This document shows positions 27,947 through 37,164 of a DNA stretch of 64,000 bases, piece after piece. This stretch comes from Bryobacterales bacterium. Lineage in GTDB: Bacteria; Acidobacteriota; Terriglobia; Bryobacterales; JACQDG01. The stretch is taken from positions 14,846 to 78,845 of the forward strand of contig DASREK010000015.1 in NCBI GenBank assembly GCA_035652135.1, written 5' to 3'. Made by a program: the position numbers and the translations under genes. The stretch's first letter is position 1, and every line of letters begins with the position of its first letter. The notes below the pieces were generated by a model, which saw only the letters and a program-made list of their open reading frames with translations, ran no database searches and was not told the DNA's origin.

Positions 27947-28948
27947 TTAATTCTTGGCGTAGTAGCCCTGGCGAGCCTGCACCTTGAAGTCCCGGTTGCG
28001 GGGGATGATCTTGATTCGCCGGAATCCGGGGCCGCTGCGGGGCGGAGTGTATCCGATGGAATACTGGCTGCGGAGCTCCTGCTGGATTTCGTCGTAAATC
28101 ATTTTGAGGTTCTTCTTCTTGCTCACTTCGAAAACTCTTCCGCCGGTTTCCTCGCTGAGCTTTTTGAGCGCCGACCCGTTTCCAAAACCGCCAATCATGC
28201 CGTAGCCGCCGGCCCGGTAGTAGAATCCGCGATCCAGGTACTCGATGCTGTAGATGATGGCATCCGCCCGTTGCGCGGCGGCAATGGCTTGCTTTAGATC
28301 CATCTGGCTGCCCTGGTCGTTTCCATCGGTGATCAATACCAGCGTCTTCCGGCCAACCTGGTTTTTCAGCATCTCGTCGGCCGCCAGAAACACCGCGTCG
28401 TAAAGCAAAGTCCCTTTCGGTTTCGCCGAGGTCGGCATTGGGCCGCCTCCCAATCCGCCGCTGCCCCCGTTGACGTGCAGCTTGTCGAGCCCCGCCCGCA
28501 GAAGGCGCACCGAATCCGTGTAGTCTTGCAGCAGATCCACATTCACATCGAAGCTGATAAGAAACGCCTGATCCTTTTTCATCCGCAGCATCTGATTCAG
28601 GAACTGCGAGGACGCCTCCCGCTCCAGGTCAATCAAGTTCCCTTGACTCACGCTGGTATCCACGAGCAAGCCCATCGTAAGCGGGAGATCAGCCTGCCGC
28701 GAAAAGTACTTGATGGTTTGCGGCTGCCCTTCTTCCTCGAGGGTGAAGTCGTTTTTGTCCAGGTTGGTAATCAAGCGGCCTTGCTTATCTGTTACCGTGA
28801 AAAAGATGTTCACGACATCCACGTCTACGGAGATGTCGGGGAGGTCTTCGGATTTGGAGGGTTGTTGTGCTGCGGATCGGGCAGGGAACCACAGGAGCGC
28901 GGCCAGCACCACCGTTTCCAGTGTCAAAATAGAAAGGGCTTGCTTCAT
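27947..28948 (-). CDS. Secreted VWA-domain protein (acidobacterial VWFA-related type)
   Basis: Signal peptide, then a beta-sandwich prefix (VNIFFTVTDKQGRLITNLDKNDFTLEEEGQPQ), a VWA core (LVLITDGND), and a C-terminal YSIGYTP...YYA. Confidence 0.82.
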   Translation of the reverse strand: MKQALSILTLETVVLAALLWFPARSAAQQPSKSEDLPDISVDVDVVNIFFTVTDKQGRLITNLDKNDFTLEEEGQPQTIKYFSRQADLPLTMGLLVDTSVSQGNLIDLEREASSQFLNQMLRMKKDQAFLISFDVNVDLLQDYTDSVRLLRAGLDKLHVNGGSGGLGGGPMPTSAKPKGTLLYDAVFLAADEMLKNQVGRKTLVLITDGNDQGSQMDLKQAIAAAQRADAIIYSIEYLDRGFYYRAGGYGMIGGFGNGSALKKLSEETGGRVFEVSKKKNLKMIYDEIQQELRSQYSIGYTPPRSGPGFRRIKIIPRNRDFKVQARQGYYAKN

Positions 28949-28969
28949 CGGCTGTCCCGTTCGTCGGAA

Positions 28970-29965
28970 ATGCGGTTTACGCTCAGTTCGATTGTAGCAG
29001 TTTTAGGGTTTGTCTCTCTGGGCGGCCTGGCGGCCTCGCAAGATGCCCGCTCTGGAGAGAATGCTCCGCCGGTCACGATTCCCGTGACCGTGGAGGACTC
29101 GAAAGGAGACCTAATCTCCGGCCTCGAAGCTGGGGATTTTCGCCTGTTTGAGAATGGAGTGGAGCAGAAGGTAACGGGCTTTTCGGCTGATGCTCAGCCG
29201 CTTTCTATCGCCGTGGTGATCGACGCGGCGCTCAGCGGCCCTACGTCCGAGAGGTTGCGGGCCACTTTCCCGAGCTTGCTAGCCGCGCTCAGCGAGTCTG
29301 ATGAAGCCGGCGTGTTTTCTTTTGATGTTGACTTTCGCACAGTCGCCGAGTTTACCTCGGATAAGGACAAGATCGAGAAGGCGCTCAAACAAATTCCTCT
29401 GGGAGCAGATTACGGTATAGCCGGCGAGCCGCTGGGTGCGCCGGCCCCGGTTATCAACGGGCAGCAGATCGGCGGGGCGCCCAGCCAGTACCCGGGCGCG
29501 GGGCAGCGCCCTCGAAAAGACATCGATAGCGCTTTGATTTCGGCGCTCGATGCTCTAACGCAAAGGCCCGCAGCCCGGCGCCGGATTGTTCTGCTTGTGA
29601 CGGACGGGGTGAATTCTCCCCACAATCCGATTTCCTCAAGCAAGGTGCTGGAAACCCTTCGGAAGACGGACGTCACGGTTTACGCCATCGGCCTTGACAG
29701 CGCCAAGCTGCCCCGCGGCTCGGGCCAACTGGCCCGGTTCTGCGAAGCCACCGGCGGAGAACTCTTCAAGGCCGTGAAGAAAACGTCGATCGAGAACCTC
29801 TATGCCCGGATCACTGAGCAGGCCCGCTATGCGTATTTGCTTTCTTATATGCCTGCCGGCGCAGCCGCCGGATTCCGCTCCATTCAGGTTTATGTCAGCA
29901 AACCGCACGCAAGAATTATTGCCAGAGAGGGCTATTTAGCCGGCCGGAGGCCGTCACAGCCGTGA
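28970..29965 (+). CDS. Secreted VWA-domain protein (acidobacterial VWFA-related type), divergent paralog
   Basis: The start is set to ATG 28970 (MRFTLSSIVAVLGFVSLGGLAA). It has the same architecture as the neighbour (VTVEDSKGDLISGLEAGDFRLFENGVEQ..., VLLVTDGVN, ...YLLSYMP...GYLA). Confidence 0.82.
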   Translation: MRFTLSSIVAVLGFVSLGGLAASQDARSGENAPPVTIPVTVEDSKGDLISGLEAGDFRLFENGVEQKVTGFSADAQPLSIAVVIDAALSGPTSERLRATFPSLLAALSESDEAGVFSFDVDFRTVAEFTSDKDKIEKALKQIPLGADYGIAGEPLGAPAPVINGQQIGGAPSQYPGAGQRPRKDIDSALISALDALTQRPAARRRIVLLVTDGVNSPHNPISSSKVLETLRKTDVTVYAIGLDSAKLPRGSGQLARFCEATGGELFKAVKKTSIENLYARITEQARYAYLLSYMPAGAAAGFRSIQVYVSKPHARIIAREGYLAGRRPSQP

Positions 29966-30561
29966 AAAGAGCTGTCGTCCATCTCAGGGCTGTCGATCCG
30001 GTGCTCCGCACAATCATCGACAAGGTGGGCCCCTGCCGCATTCAGTACCGCGAGCCGGAGTTTGAGACGCTGGCCCGGGCTGTTGTTTACCAGCAATTGC
30101 ACGGCGCGGCGGCTGCGGCCATCTTTGGCCGGGTTCTCGCAATGGCAGGGAACCGCGATGGGCGCCTTACGGCGCGGTCCCTTCTCCGGATCCCGAAAAA
30201 AGATTTGCGCGCTGCGGGGCTCTCGGCGCCGAAGATCACCTACCTTCGCGATCTGGCCGAGAAAACGGCTGCTAAGATTGTCCGATTTGACCGCTTCCCA
30301 AATATGGAGGATGCAGAGATAATCGCGTCTCTGACACAGGTGAAAGGCATCGGCGTTTGGACCGCTCATATGTTCCTTCTGTTTGCGCTCCGCCGCCCCG
30401 ACGTGCTGCCGGTAGGTGATTACGGAGTCAGAACCGCTGTACGGGATGCGTACAAGCTGAAGGATCTACCCACGCCGGCCGAATTGGAGGCAATCGCACG
30501 CCCCTGGCGCCCTTATTGCAGCTTCGCAAGCTGGTATCTGTGGCGCAGCCGGGAATTGTAG
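29962..30561 (+). CDS. DNA-3-methyladenine glycosylase II family (HhH-GPD, AlkA-like)
   Basis: FETLARAVVYQQL...VKGIGVWTAHMFLLFALRRPDVLPVGD. The GTG start overlaps the VWA gene stop (GTGA). Confidence 0.82.
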   Translation: MKRAVVHLRAVDPVLRTIIDKVGPCRIQYREPEFETLARAVVYQQLHGAAAAAIFGRVLAMAGNRDGRLTARSLLRIPKKDLRAAGLSAPKITYLRDLAEKTAAKIVRFDRFPNMEDAEIIASLTQVKGIGVWTAHMFLLFALRRPDVLPVGDYGVRTAVRDAYKLKDLPTPAELEAIARPWRPYCSFASWYLWRSREL

Positions 30562-30660
30562 CTTCTCCAGCCCATGCGGGCACTGGCGCGCCGGATGCAA
30601 AGCGCCCGTTACGGCAATCCCTGCGGGCCACGATCGGCGATCGCTCTTCAGAGGCTGGTC

Positions 30661-31806
30661 TCAAAGGCTGGCATTTCCATCGAATAGAGAAGGCATCCAG
30701 GCGCGCCGGTCCGTCAGAGCGCGGGCCAGAGCGGCGTCTTTAGCCAAGTAGAAGAACGTCCACGTCGAAAGCTTCCGGCGATGGGGGGCGGCGGCATCCA
30801 TAAACTCCCCGCGCTCGAGCCACCGGCCGACGCTTTCAAGCATGTGGATGCCTTCCGCCCGGCACTTTCGCACCGCCCACGCTAGAAGGGGCTCGAGCAG
30901 CGCAGTAGATCCGTCAAGGGACACAAAGTCCACCAGTCTCACCCGCTTCAGGCCGATCTCCGGATTATCCTGGCGGTCGAAAATCGCGTACGCCGCTATT
31001 TTCGGACCATGCATCGCGGCAGCCACCCACAGCCGCTGATCGAGAACCGCGTGCATGAAATGCCATTCCAGCACCTCTTGCGTGCGCACGGCTAAAAGCA
31101 CCCGCGGATGGTTCGCCCGGAATTCCATCCAGAACTTCTCGAACCGCTGATCAAAACCTGGGAACGCCCGTATCTCTGTATCGCCCTCTTGCAACGGGCT
31201 CTGCGTGACCCAATCTTTGAGAAAAGATGCGGCGGAAGCGGGATAGCTCAGCAACCTAGTCATCCGATATTTCCTTTTACAAAGCACGCTCTCTATAAAG
31301 CCCCTCTGGTTGGTAATCCAAAACGCGGATTGATCCCACAATCCGGAGGGAACCTTCGGGCACGCGAAGACTTCAAATGCCGCAGCGGCCGGCAGCGTCA
31401 TTGTATTGTTGAGATATAAATCGATGCCCGGCTGATTGATCACCCGGTCTAACAGCAAAAGCGACGCGCTTCGATAGGCGGGATCAGCAACCTGCGAGCG
31501 GCCCGAAGCCGCCAGAATCCTGCGGCCCTCAAATTCATATAGCAGAGGAATATTGCCGACGGATCCGACGATCCGGCCGTTGTCTTCGATGACCCAACCG
31601 ATTTTCCAATGCGGCAGATACCGGCAAGCCGGATTGCCGGCCCAAAGGTGCGCCCACTGCCTGTAGGTTTTGGCCTCGAGGCCGTATCGGGACTCGAGCG
31701 CCGCAATTTGGGCGTAATCGTCGAAAGTGGCTTCGCGAAGCCTGGGCCCCGATCCTTGTCCGGCGCGGGCGTCGGCCGGCAGAGTGCTCTTTGGAATTTT
31801 GTGCAC
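30661..31806 (-). CDS. Double-domain GNAT-superfamily acyltransferase (FemAB-like architecture, tentative)
   Basis: 381 aa. The N-terminal GNAT region reads ATFDDYAQIAALE...GRIVGSVGNIPLLYEFEGRRILAASGRSQVADPAYRS, and there is a second acyltransferase-like half. It is the last gene of the six-gene operon. Confidence 0.6.
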   Translation of the reverse strand: MHKIPKSTLPADARAGQGSGPRLREATFDDYAQIAALESRYGLEAKTYRQWAHLWAGNPACRYLPHWKIGWVIEDNGRIVGSVGNIPLLYEFEGRRILAASGRSQVADPAYRSASLLLLDRVINQPGIDLYLNNTMTLPAAAAFEVFACPKVPSGLWDQSAFWITNQRGFIESVLCKRKYRMTRLLSYPASAASFLKDWVTQSPLQEGDTEIRAFPGFDQRFEKFWMEFRANHPRVLLAVRTQEVLEWHFMHAVLDQRLWVAAAMHGPKIAAYAIFDRQDNPEIGLKRVRLVDFVSLDGSTALLEPLLAWAVRKCRAEGIHMLESVGRWLERGEFMDAAAPHRRKLSTWTFFYLAKDAALARALTDRRAWMPSLFDGNASL

Positions 31807-31815
31807 CTGCCCTCC

Positions 31816-33096
31816 TTAGGCCGCTTTGACCAACCCCTGTTGAGCGCGAGGCGCGGCTTCGAACGCTATGGGCAAGCGTTCCAGCCCTCGGAAAACCATG
31901 TTGTGGCGCCAGGCCAGAGGAACGGGATCCAGCCGCAGATTGCGAAGACGCCGGAATACCGTTGAAAACGCGATCTGGCCCTCGACTCGCGCCAGCGGCG
32001 CCCCGAAGCAGTAGTGGCCGGCCCAGCCGAAAGCGAGGTGCCGGTTATCTGTACGAGTGATGTTCAAACGGTCGGGATCAGGAAACCGTTCCGGGTCGTG
32101 ATTGGCCGCCCCGATCACCGCGATGACCGCATCCCGCTTCCGAATCATTTTGCCGCCGAGCTCGGCGTCGGCTGGAGCAAGCCGAGCGGTGTGCTGGATG
32201 GGGCTTTCGTAACGCAACAATTCCTCGACGGCCGCGGGCAGCAGCGCCGGATCCGCCTGGAGCCGCGCCAGTTCCTTGGGATTTTGCAGCAGCGCGAGCA
32301 ATCCGTTGCCGATCAGGTTCGTCGTAGTCTCCTGCCCGCCGGTCATCGTAATGATGCAATTGGCGATGATCTCCTCTTCGCTGAGCCGGTCGCTTTCGAT
32401 TTCCGCCGACATGAGCGCGTGCACCACGCCTTCCCGGGGATGTCGGACTTGTTCGCGCATTCTCTCCCGGAAGTAGGCGGTCATTTTCTCCACGGTGGCC
32501 AGCATCAGAGCCGCCCGGCCCGGGTTGTGTTGAAAATTCCCGAGCATTTCGGAAAAATCCTTCGACCACGTCTTTAGCTGATCGCGATCGCTTACAGGAA
32601 CGCCCATCAGCTCGGCAGTCACCGTTGCGGGCAGCAGATCGGCGAAGTCGGCGATCACATCCATGCGCCCTTTTTCGATCACTCTGTCTATCAGTTCGTC
32701 CGTGATTTCCTGAATGTGAAGGCGTATCGCTTCGGCTCGGGCGGGAGTAAACGCAGCAGCGGCCAGAGCTCGTAATCGCGTGTGATTCGGCGGGTCCATG
32801 AAGATCATTTGCCGCACAAGCACCTCTGCGACCGGATTCAGCTCGGCAAGTCCGAGACTGGTGAGCTGCGCCGGCGTGGGCATGCGCTCAGCCGAAAATC
32901 GCTGGAGAACCGCCGTAACATCCTTGTACCGCGTCACCACCCAGGCATGCAGATAGGGATCCCAGTGCACGGGATCTTCGCGCCGAAGCCGGTGATATAG
33001 AGGATATGGGTTAGCCAAAACGCCGGGATCCAGCCGCTGATACAGGCTGAGCGCCGCATCCTGACCGTCCATGGCCGGGCTCGTGCTTCCGCTCAT
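31816..33096 (-). CDS. Cytochrome P450
   Basis: I-helix TMTGGQETT, ExxR (VEELLRYESP), and haem-thiolate loop FGWAGHYCFGAPLA. The start ATG 33096 overlaps the stop of the A-PCP gene (tcATGA). Confidence 0.92.
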   Translation of the reverse strand: MSGSTSPAMDGQDAALSLYQRLDPGVLANPYPLYHRLRREDPVHWDPYLHAWVVTRYKDVTAVLQRFSAERMPTPAQLTSLGLAELNPVAEVLVRQMIFMDPPNHTRLRALAAAAFTPARAEAIRLHIQEITDELIDRVIEKGRMDVIADFADLLPATVTAELMGVPVSDRDQLKTWSKDFSEMLGNFQHNPGRAALMLATVEKMTAYFRERMREQVRHPREGVVHALMSAEIESDRLSEEEIIANCIITMTGGQETTTNLIGNGLLALLQNPKELARLQADPALLPAAVEELLRYESPIQHTARLAPADAELGGKMIRKRDAVIAVIGAANHDPERFPDPDRLNITRTDNRHLAFGWAGHYCFGAPLARVEGQIAFSTVFRRLRNLRLDPVPLAWRHNMVFRGLERLPIAFEAAPRAQQGLVKAA

Positions 33097-34967
33097 GACT
33101 TTGCCTCCGCGCAGCACCCTGGCGTCCCGGTGGGAGCCCCTGCGGATCGGATTCGCTTCTCTTCTGCCAATCGGTCGAGTTCCGCAGACAGAGCTGCTAC
33201 CGTGGGCGCGTCGAACAGGCTGCGTAGTGAAATTTCGACTCCGAAAATCCCCCGCAATTGGGCGATCATCTGCGCTCCGAGTAAAGAATGCCCTCCCAGA
33301 AGAAAAAAATTATCATTTCTGCCGATGGCATCGAGCTTCAAAAGCTCGGCTAGAATCCCGGCTACACATACTTCTGTTGGCGTCCGGGGCAGGATGGATG
33401 CCTGGTCTTGAAGCGTATTGCCGGAGTCCGGCGGCGGCAGAGCGGAGTGATCGATTTTGCCGTGAGCCGTCAGCGGAAATGCAGCGAGCCGTACAAACAG
33501 CGCGGGCAGCATGTACTCGGGCAGTTGGCCGCGAAGGAAATCGCGCAGCTCGGTGTGTGTCACGCGGGAGGTTTCGTCCAGAATGACATACGCGATGAGC
33601 CGCTTTTCTCCGCCTTCATCCTCGCGAGCAACAACCAGGCTGTCCCGAACCTCCGGCCGCCGGTTGAGCGCGCTCACCACTTCCTTTGGCTCGATGCGGC
33701 AGCCGCGGATCTTAATCTGATCGTCCGCCCTTCCAAGAAACGCGAGCTGGCCGTCAGGCAGCAGGCTCGCAAGATCTCCCGTTTTGAACAGCCGGCTGCC
33801 AGGCTCGGGGTGGAAGGGATTCGGGACGAATTTTTCTTTGGTCAACTCCGGGCGGTTGCGATATCCGCGCGCCAGGCTCGGCCCTCCAATGCAAATTTCG
33901 CCGGGAAACCCTGCCGGGACGGGCAAGGCGCGCTCATCGAGGAGGTAGATTTCTGTGTTGTCGATGGCCCGCCCGATAGGGGGCAGCGTGTCTGGGTATT
34001 CGCCAGGACCGAGACGAGTGGAAGTCGCGACAACCGTGCACTCGGTCGGGCCATAGTTGTTGAAGACGGCAAAGGGGAGATTCGCCGGCGGATAGTGATG
34101 GAGCGTATCGCCTCCGGTGAGCAAAATGCGGAGGGAAACGCTGGCCGGCCAGTCCAGCATGAAAATCTGTTCCGCTATGGGTGTAGGGATAAAACTGATC
34201 GTCACTTTTTTGGCCAGCAGCCACTCTTGCAAAAGCTCCGCCGAGCTTCGCACAGCCTCATCGGCAAGATGGACGCTGGCGCCGCTGGCCAGATACGGCC
34301 AAAGCTCCCACACCGCGGCATCGAATCCGAGTCCCGCCAGATGGCTGGCTCGGTCCGCTGCGGTCACCGCAAAGGCCCGCCGGTGCCAAGTGACCAGATT
34401 GCTCAAGCCGGCGTGCGTGATTTCGACGCCTTTCGGCGTACCCGTGGAGCCGGACGTATAGATAACATAGGCCAGTTCGTGCGGCATTATTTCCGAGAAG
34501 AGCGGATCGGCCCGGCCATCGCCTGCCAGCAGCGAAGCCGCATCGACTACGGCTCCAGACCATGCAGCGAATCGCTGTATGAAATGCTGATTCGTCACCA
34601 GAACCGGCGCCTGCGCATCTTCCAGCATGAAGGCAAGACGCTCGGCGGGGTATCCGGGATCCATGGGAACGTAAGCGCCGCCAGCTCTCCAGATGCCCAG
34701 CGCAGCCACCGCCATATCCAGGCAACGCGGCAAACACAGACCGACAAGGTCGCCCGGTTCGACGCCCAAAGCCTGCAACTGCGCGGCAAAGGCGCCCGCT
34801 CGCCGATGCAGCTCAAGGTATGTCAAGACCTCGGCGCCCGACGCAACGGCGATCGCATCAGGGCGCTCGGCTGCCTGCCCGGCCACCATTTCCGGGACGA
34901 GCCTCGCTTCACGGGCCGCAGGCGCGGCAGCCGTGCACAGAGCCGATTTTTCCGGAGAAGTCGTCAT
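33093..34967 (-). CDS. Stand-alone NRPS-type adenylation-thiolation (A-PCP) didomain protein; no C, E or TE domain
   Basis: A-domain cores YVIYTSGSTGTPKGV, FDAAVWE, NNYGPTE, FKTGDL, GRADDQIKIRGCRIE and LTAHGKID, then carrier motif LGGHSLLG. 624 aa leaves no room for further domains. Confidence 0.92.
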   Translation of the reverse strand: MTTSPEKSALCTAAAPAAREARLVPEMVAGQAAERPDAIAVASGAEVLTYLELHRRAGAFAAQLQALGVEPGDLVGLCLPRCLDMAVAALGIWRAGGAYVPMDPGYPAERLAFMLEDAQAPVLVTNQHFIQRFAAWSGAVVDAASLLAGDGRADPLFSEIMPHELAYVIYTSGSTGTPKGVEITHAGLSNLVTWHRRAFAVTAADRASHLAGLGFDAAVWELWPYLASGASVHLADEAVRSSAELLQEWLLAKKVTISFIPTPIAEQIFMLDWPASVSLRILLTGGDTLHHYPPANLPFAVFNNYGPTECTVVATSTRLGPGEYPDTLPPIGRAIDNTEIYLLDERALPVPAGFPGEICIGGPSLARGYRNRPELTKEKFVPNPFHPEPGSRLFKTGDLASLLPDGQLAFLGRADDQIKIRGCRIEPKEVVSALNRRPEVRDSLVVAREDEGGEKRLIAYVILDETSRVTHTELRDFLRGQLPEYMLPALFVRLAAFPLTAHGKIDHSALPPPDSGNTLQDQASILPRTPTEVCVAGILAELLKLDAIGRNDNFFLLGGHSLLGAQMIAQLRGIFGVEISLRSLFDAPTVAALSAELDRLAEEKRIRSAGAPTGTPGCCAEAKS

Positions 34968-34971
34968 GTCT

Positions 34972-35829
34972 TCACCTCGTCAATTCACAAGAAGTGTGCG
35001 ATGCAGCCTCATCTGGAAACAGGCGAAGAGCGCCGTATCGACACTGGTCAGCTTCCCAGGTCCAGTATCGGAACGGACGCCGGGTCGTCCCGGCCGCGAG
35101 TGCGGCAGCGCAGCCTTTATGCGCGGATATGTCATGTACACAAATGTGATGTACACACCGGTCCGGTGCATAATCGGGCGACCCGGCACTCGTAAAGCTC
35201 AGAAGGCGCTCGGGCCCTGGGTACAGAAATTTCTCCAAAGTCCTGATCCCATTTTCGATTCCCCATCCACAGGCCTTCGTACAGGCCTCCATGCGGGTCC
35301 AGGCCTTAAAGAACGTTTGTAGTCTCCTGTGGGGAGCGAGAGCATCCAGCTCTCGAGCCGCCTCCGGCGAAAGGAAGCTGCGCGCCACAGTCCGGTCGAT
35401 TCCATCGCGAATCTGCTCCACGTCGATGCCCACGGGCCCTGCGCCGCTGATGGCGAATACGGCGACTTGTCCGGAATGCGAGACGCTAAAATGCAAACTT
35501 CCCCGGCCGAGCTCGGGCTTGCCGCGTTCGCCGTAGCGAAACATTACGCCGGGCGGCGGCACTCCCAGATACCGGCCGAGAATTTCTCTCAGCGCCGCCC
35601 GGGCAATGATGTACCGCCTGCGGTGGCGCAGCAGCGGGAATAGCGCGGCTTTCCGCCGTTCCTCGACATCGAGCATTCGCGCCAGGGCGCCCAGAGAGCC
35701 GCCGTGTTGGTCCAGATTTGCCCGCCACACATGAATTTCGCCAACGTTCAGCTTGAGGGGGCCCCGAGGCGCCGCCCAGATCACACCGCCTCGCTGCCGC
35801 CTCGACAATCGCGGAGAATCTAAGACCAT
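34972..35829 (-). CDS. Sfp-type 4'-phosphopantetheinyl transferase
   Basis: GKPEL, FSVSHSG, GIDVEQI and FFKAWTRMEACTKACG. The stop is 4 nt before the A-PCP start. Confidence 0.88.
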   Translation of the reverse strand: MVLDSPRLSRRQRGGVIWAAPRGPLKLNVGEIHVWRANLDQHGGSLGALARMLDVEERRKAALFPLLRHRRRYIIARAALREILGRYLGVPPPGVMFRYGERGKPELGRGSLHFSVSHSGQVAVFAISGAGPVGIDVEQIRDGIDRTVARSFLSPEAARELDALAPHRRLQTFFKAWTRMEACTKACGWGIENGIRTLEKFLYPGPERLLSFTSAGSPDYAPDRCVHHICVHDISAHKGCAAALAAGTTRRPFRYWTWEADQCRYGALRLFPDEAASHTSCELTR

Positions 35830-37112
35830 ACATTCTCCTCGGAATACTCCGGAGCGGGGGCGGGGCTAGGTTCATAGTCAAACGGCGGCGCGGGACACCG
35901 GCGGGCCTGCGCCCAACGCCATAGCTCCCGCAGATCGGCCCACAACATCAGCAGCACGGGCGCCGGGTCATCGGCGGCGCAAAACGCCGCCTCGCGGATT
36001 CCAGAGAGCGATTTCACCCACTGCCGCAGCGTCAGCTTGCCATCCAGCGCATAACGAAGACTAGCGGCCAAATCGAGGTCTTCCACGATCCACTTGCGCC
36101 CCTCGGCCGCTGCTTGTGGAGGAACGGGACGTCCGGTTAGGTGCAGATACAAGGCTCGGGCTACATCCAAGTCGTCGCGCGACACAAATAAGCGGAACGT
36201 GCTGCCGATTCGCGGGTTGACATCCAGCAATTTAAATTCGCCGGCGCGAGCGTCATAGCTGAAATCAATGTCGACAATGCCCCGAAAACCGAGGGATTGG
36301 ACCAACCGCTTCGCAATCCTGGCGATAGTCTCGTTTTTTTGAGTCAAACCCAGGCTCGTAACGCCGGTGTAAGCCGGACATTGACGTAGTTTTCGGCCGG
36401 TGAATCCTGCAAGGCAGTGGGAATGCTCGTCGAAATATCCATTGAACATCCAGTCTTCGCCATCGGAAATATATTCCTGCACGACCACGTTTTTGACCGC
36501 GCCCTCCTCCATGCGGGCGCAAAGATCCAGCAGTTGCTTTGCGCTTCGAATGACGAATTTTGTTTTGCTATTCTGCCTCCTTAGCAATACGCCGGAGCCC
36601 TTGATCATCACCGGACGGCCGCAGGATTCGAAATAATGAAGCAGATCGGCTTTTGTCCTAGGGTATTCGGTTCGGGGGATGGAGATATTGAGGCGTTGGG
36701 CGACGTGATACACTTCCCTTTTGTCACAAAGAGAGTGGATCAGTGCGGGGCTGACCTCTGGAAAGAGATACGACTGCCTGAGTATTTCCGCGTTCTCGGC
36801 CACAAATACAGTTGCGGTGTCGGTTGTGGGAATCAAAATATAGGGCCGGCCGGCCCGCTTCGGTATTCGCATCAAAAATTCGACCGATTTAGCCGGCGCG
36901 GTGCTATCAATATCCCAGATAAACTTGCCACGGCTGTATCGGGAGAAAAACGCAGGGGTCGCACGCGCAGCGTCGACGTTGAAGACAGGAATTCCCAGAC
37001 GGCCGAAGCTACGTGTGATCCCGAGGCCGCCATGGTGGGGCGAGGCCAGAATCAACACAGGCGTTGAAGGATCGGTGATGATCATCGGCATTTGCCCAGG
37101 CAGGTGATTCAC
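35820..37112 (-). CDS. ATP-grasp family carboxylate-amine ligase (predicted)
   Basis: PVLILASPHHGGLGITRSFGRLGIPV...VMIKGSG...VVVQEYISDGEDWMFNGYFD...LLDVNPRIGSTF fits the ATP-grasp layout. The stop overlaps the PPTase start by 10 nt. Confidence 0.7.
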   Translation of the reverse strand: MNHLPGQMPMIITDPSTPVLILASPHHGGLGITRSFGRLGIPVFNVDAARATPAFFSRYSRGKFIWDIDSTAPAKSVEFLMRIPKRAGRPYILIPTTDTATVFVAENAEILRQSYLFPEVSPALIHSLCDKREVYHVAQRLNISIPRTEYPRTKADLLHYFESCGRPVMIKGSGVLLRRQNSKTKFVIRSAKQLLDLCARMEEGAVKNVVVQEYISDGEDWMFNGYFDEHSHCLAGFTGRKLRQCPAYTGVTSLGLTQKNETIARIAKRLVQSLGFRGIVDIDFSYDARAGEFKLLDVNPRIGSTFRLFVSRDDLDVARALYLHLTGRPVPPQAAAEGRKWIVEDLDLAASLRYALDGKLTLRQWVKSLSGIREAAFCAADDPAPVLLMLWADLRELWRWAQARRCPAPPFDYEPSPAPAPEYSEENVWS

Positions 37113-37164
37113 ACCCCGTCTCCAGCGTGCTGCTGCTGGCTCGAACTACTCGGGAGGGATTTAG

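Noticed and set aside
33408-35195. A 595-aa + strand ORF, plus similar giants at 39089..40597 (minus), 13913..15007, 18862..19866, 23322..24371, 22305-start and 50694..51545.
   Set aside because: Each lies antisense to, or frame-shifted within, a gene with unambiguous catalytic motifs (A-PCP/PPTase, DUF4091, PrpD, quinoprotein, MFS, Wzx). Their translations are low-complexity, so I treat them as GC-driven artefacts.
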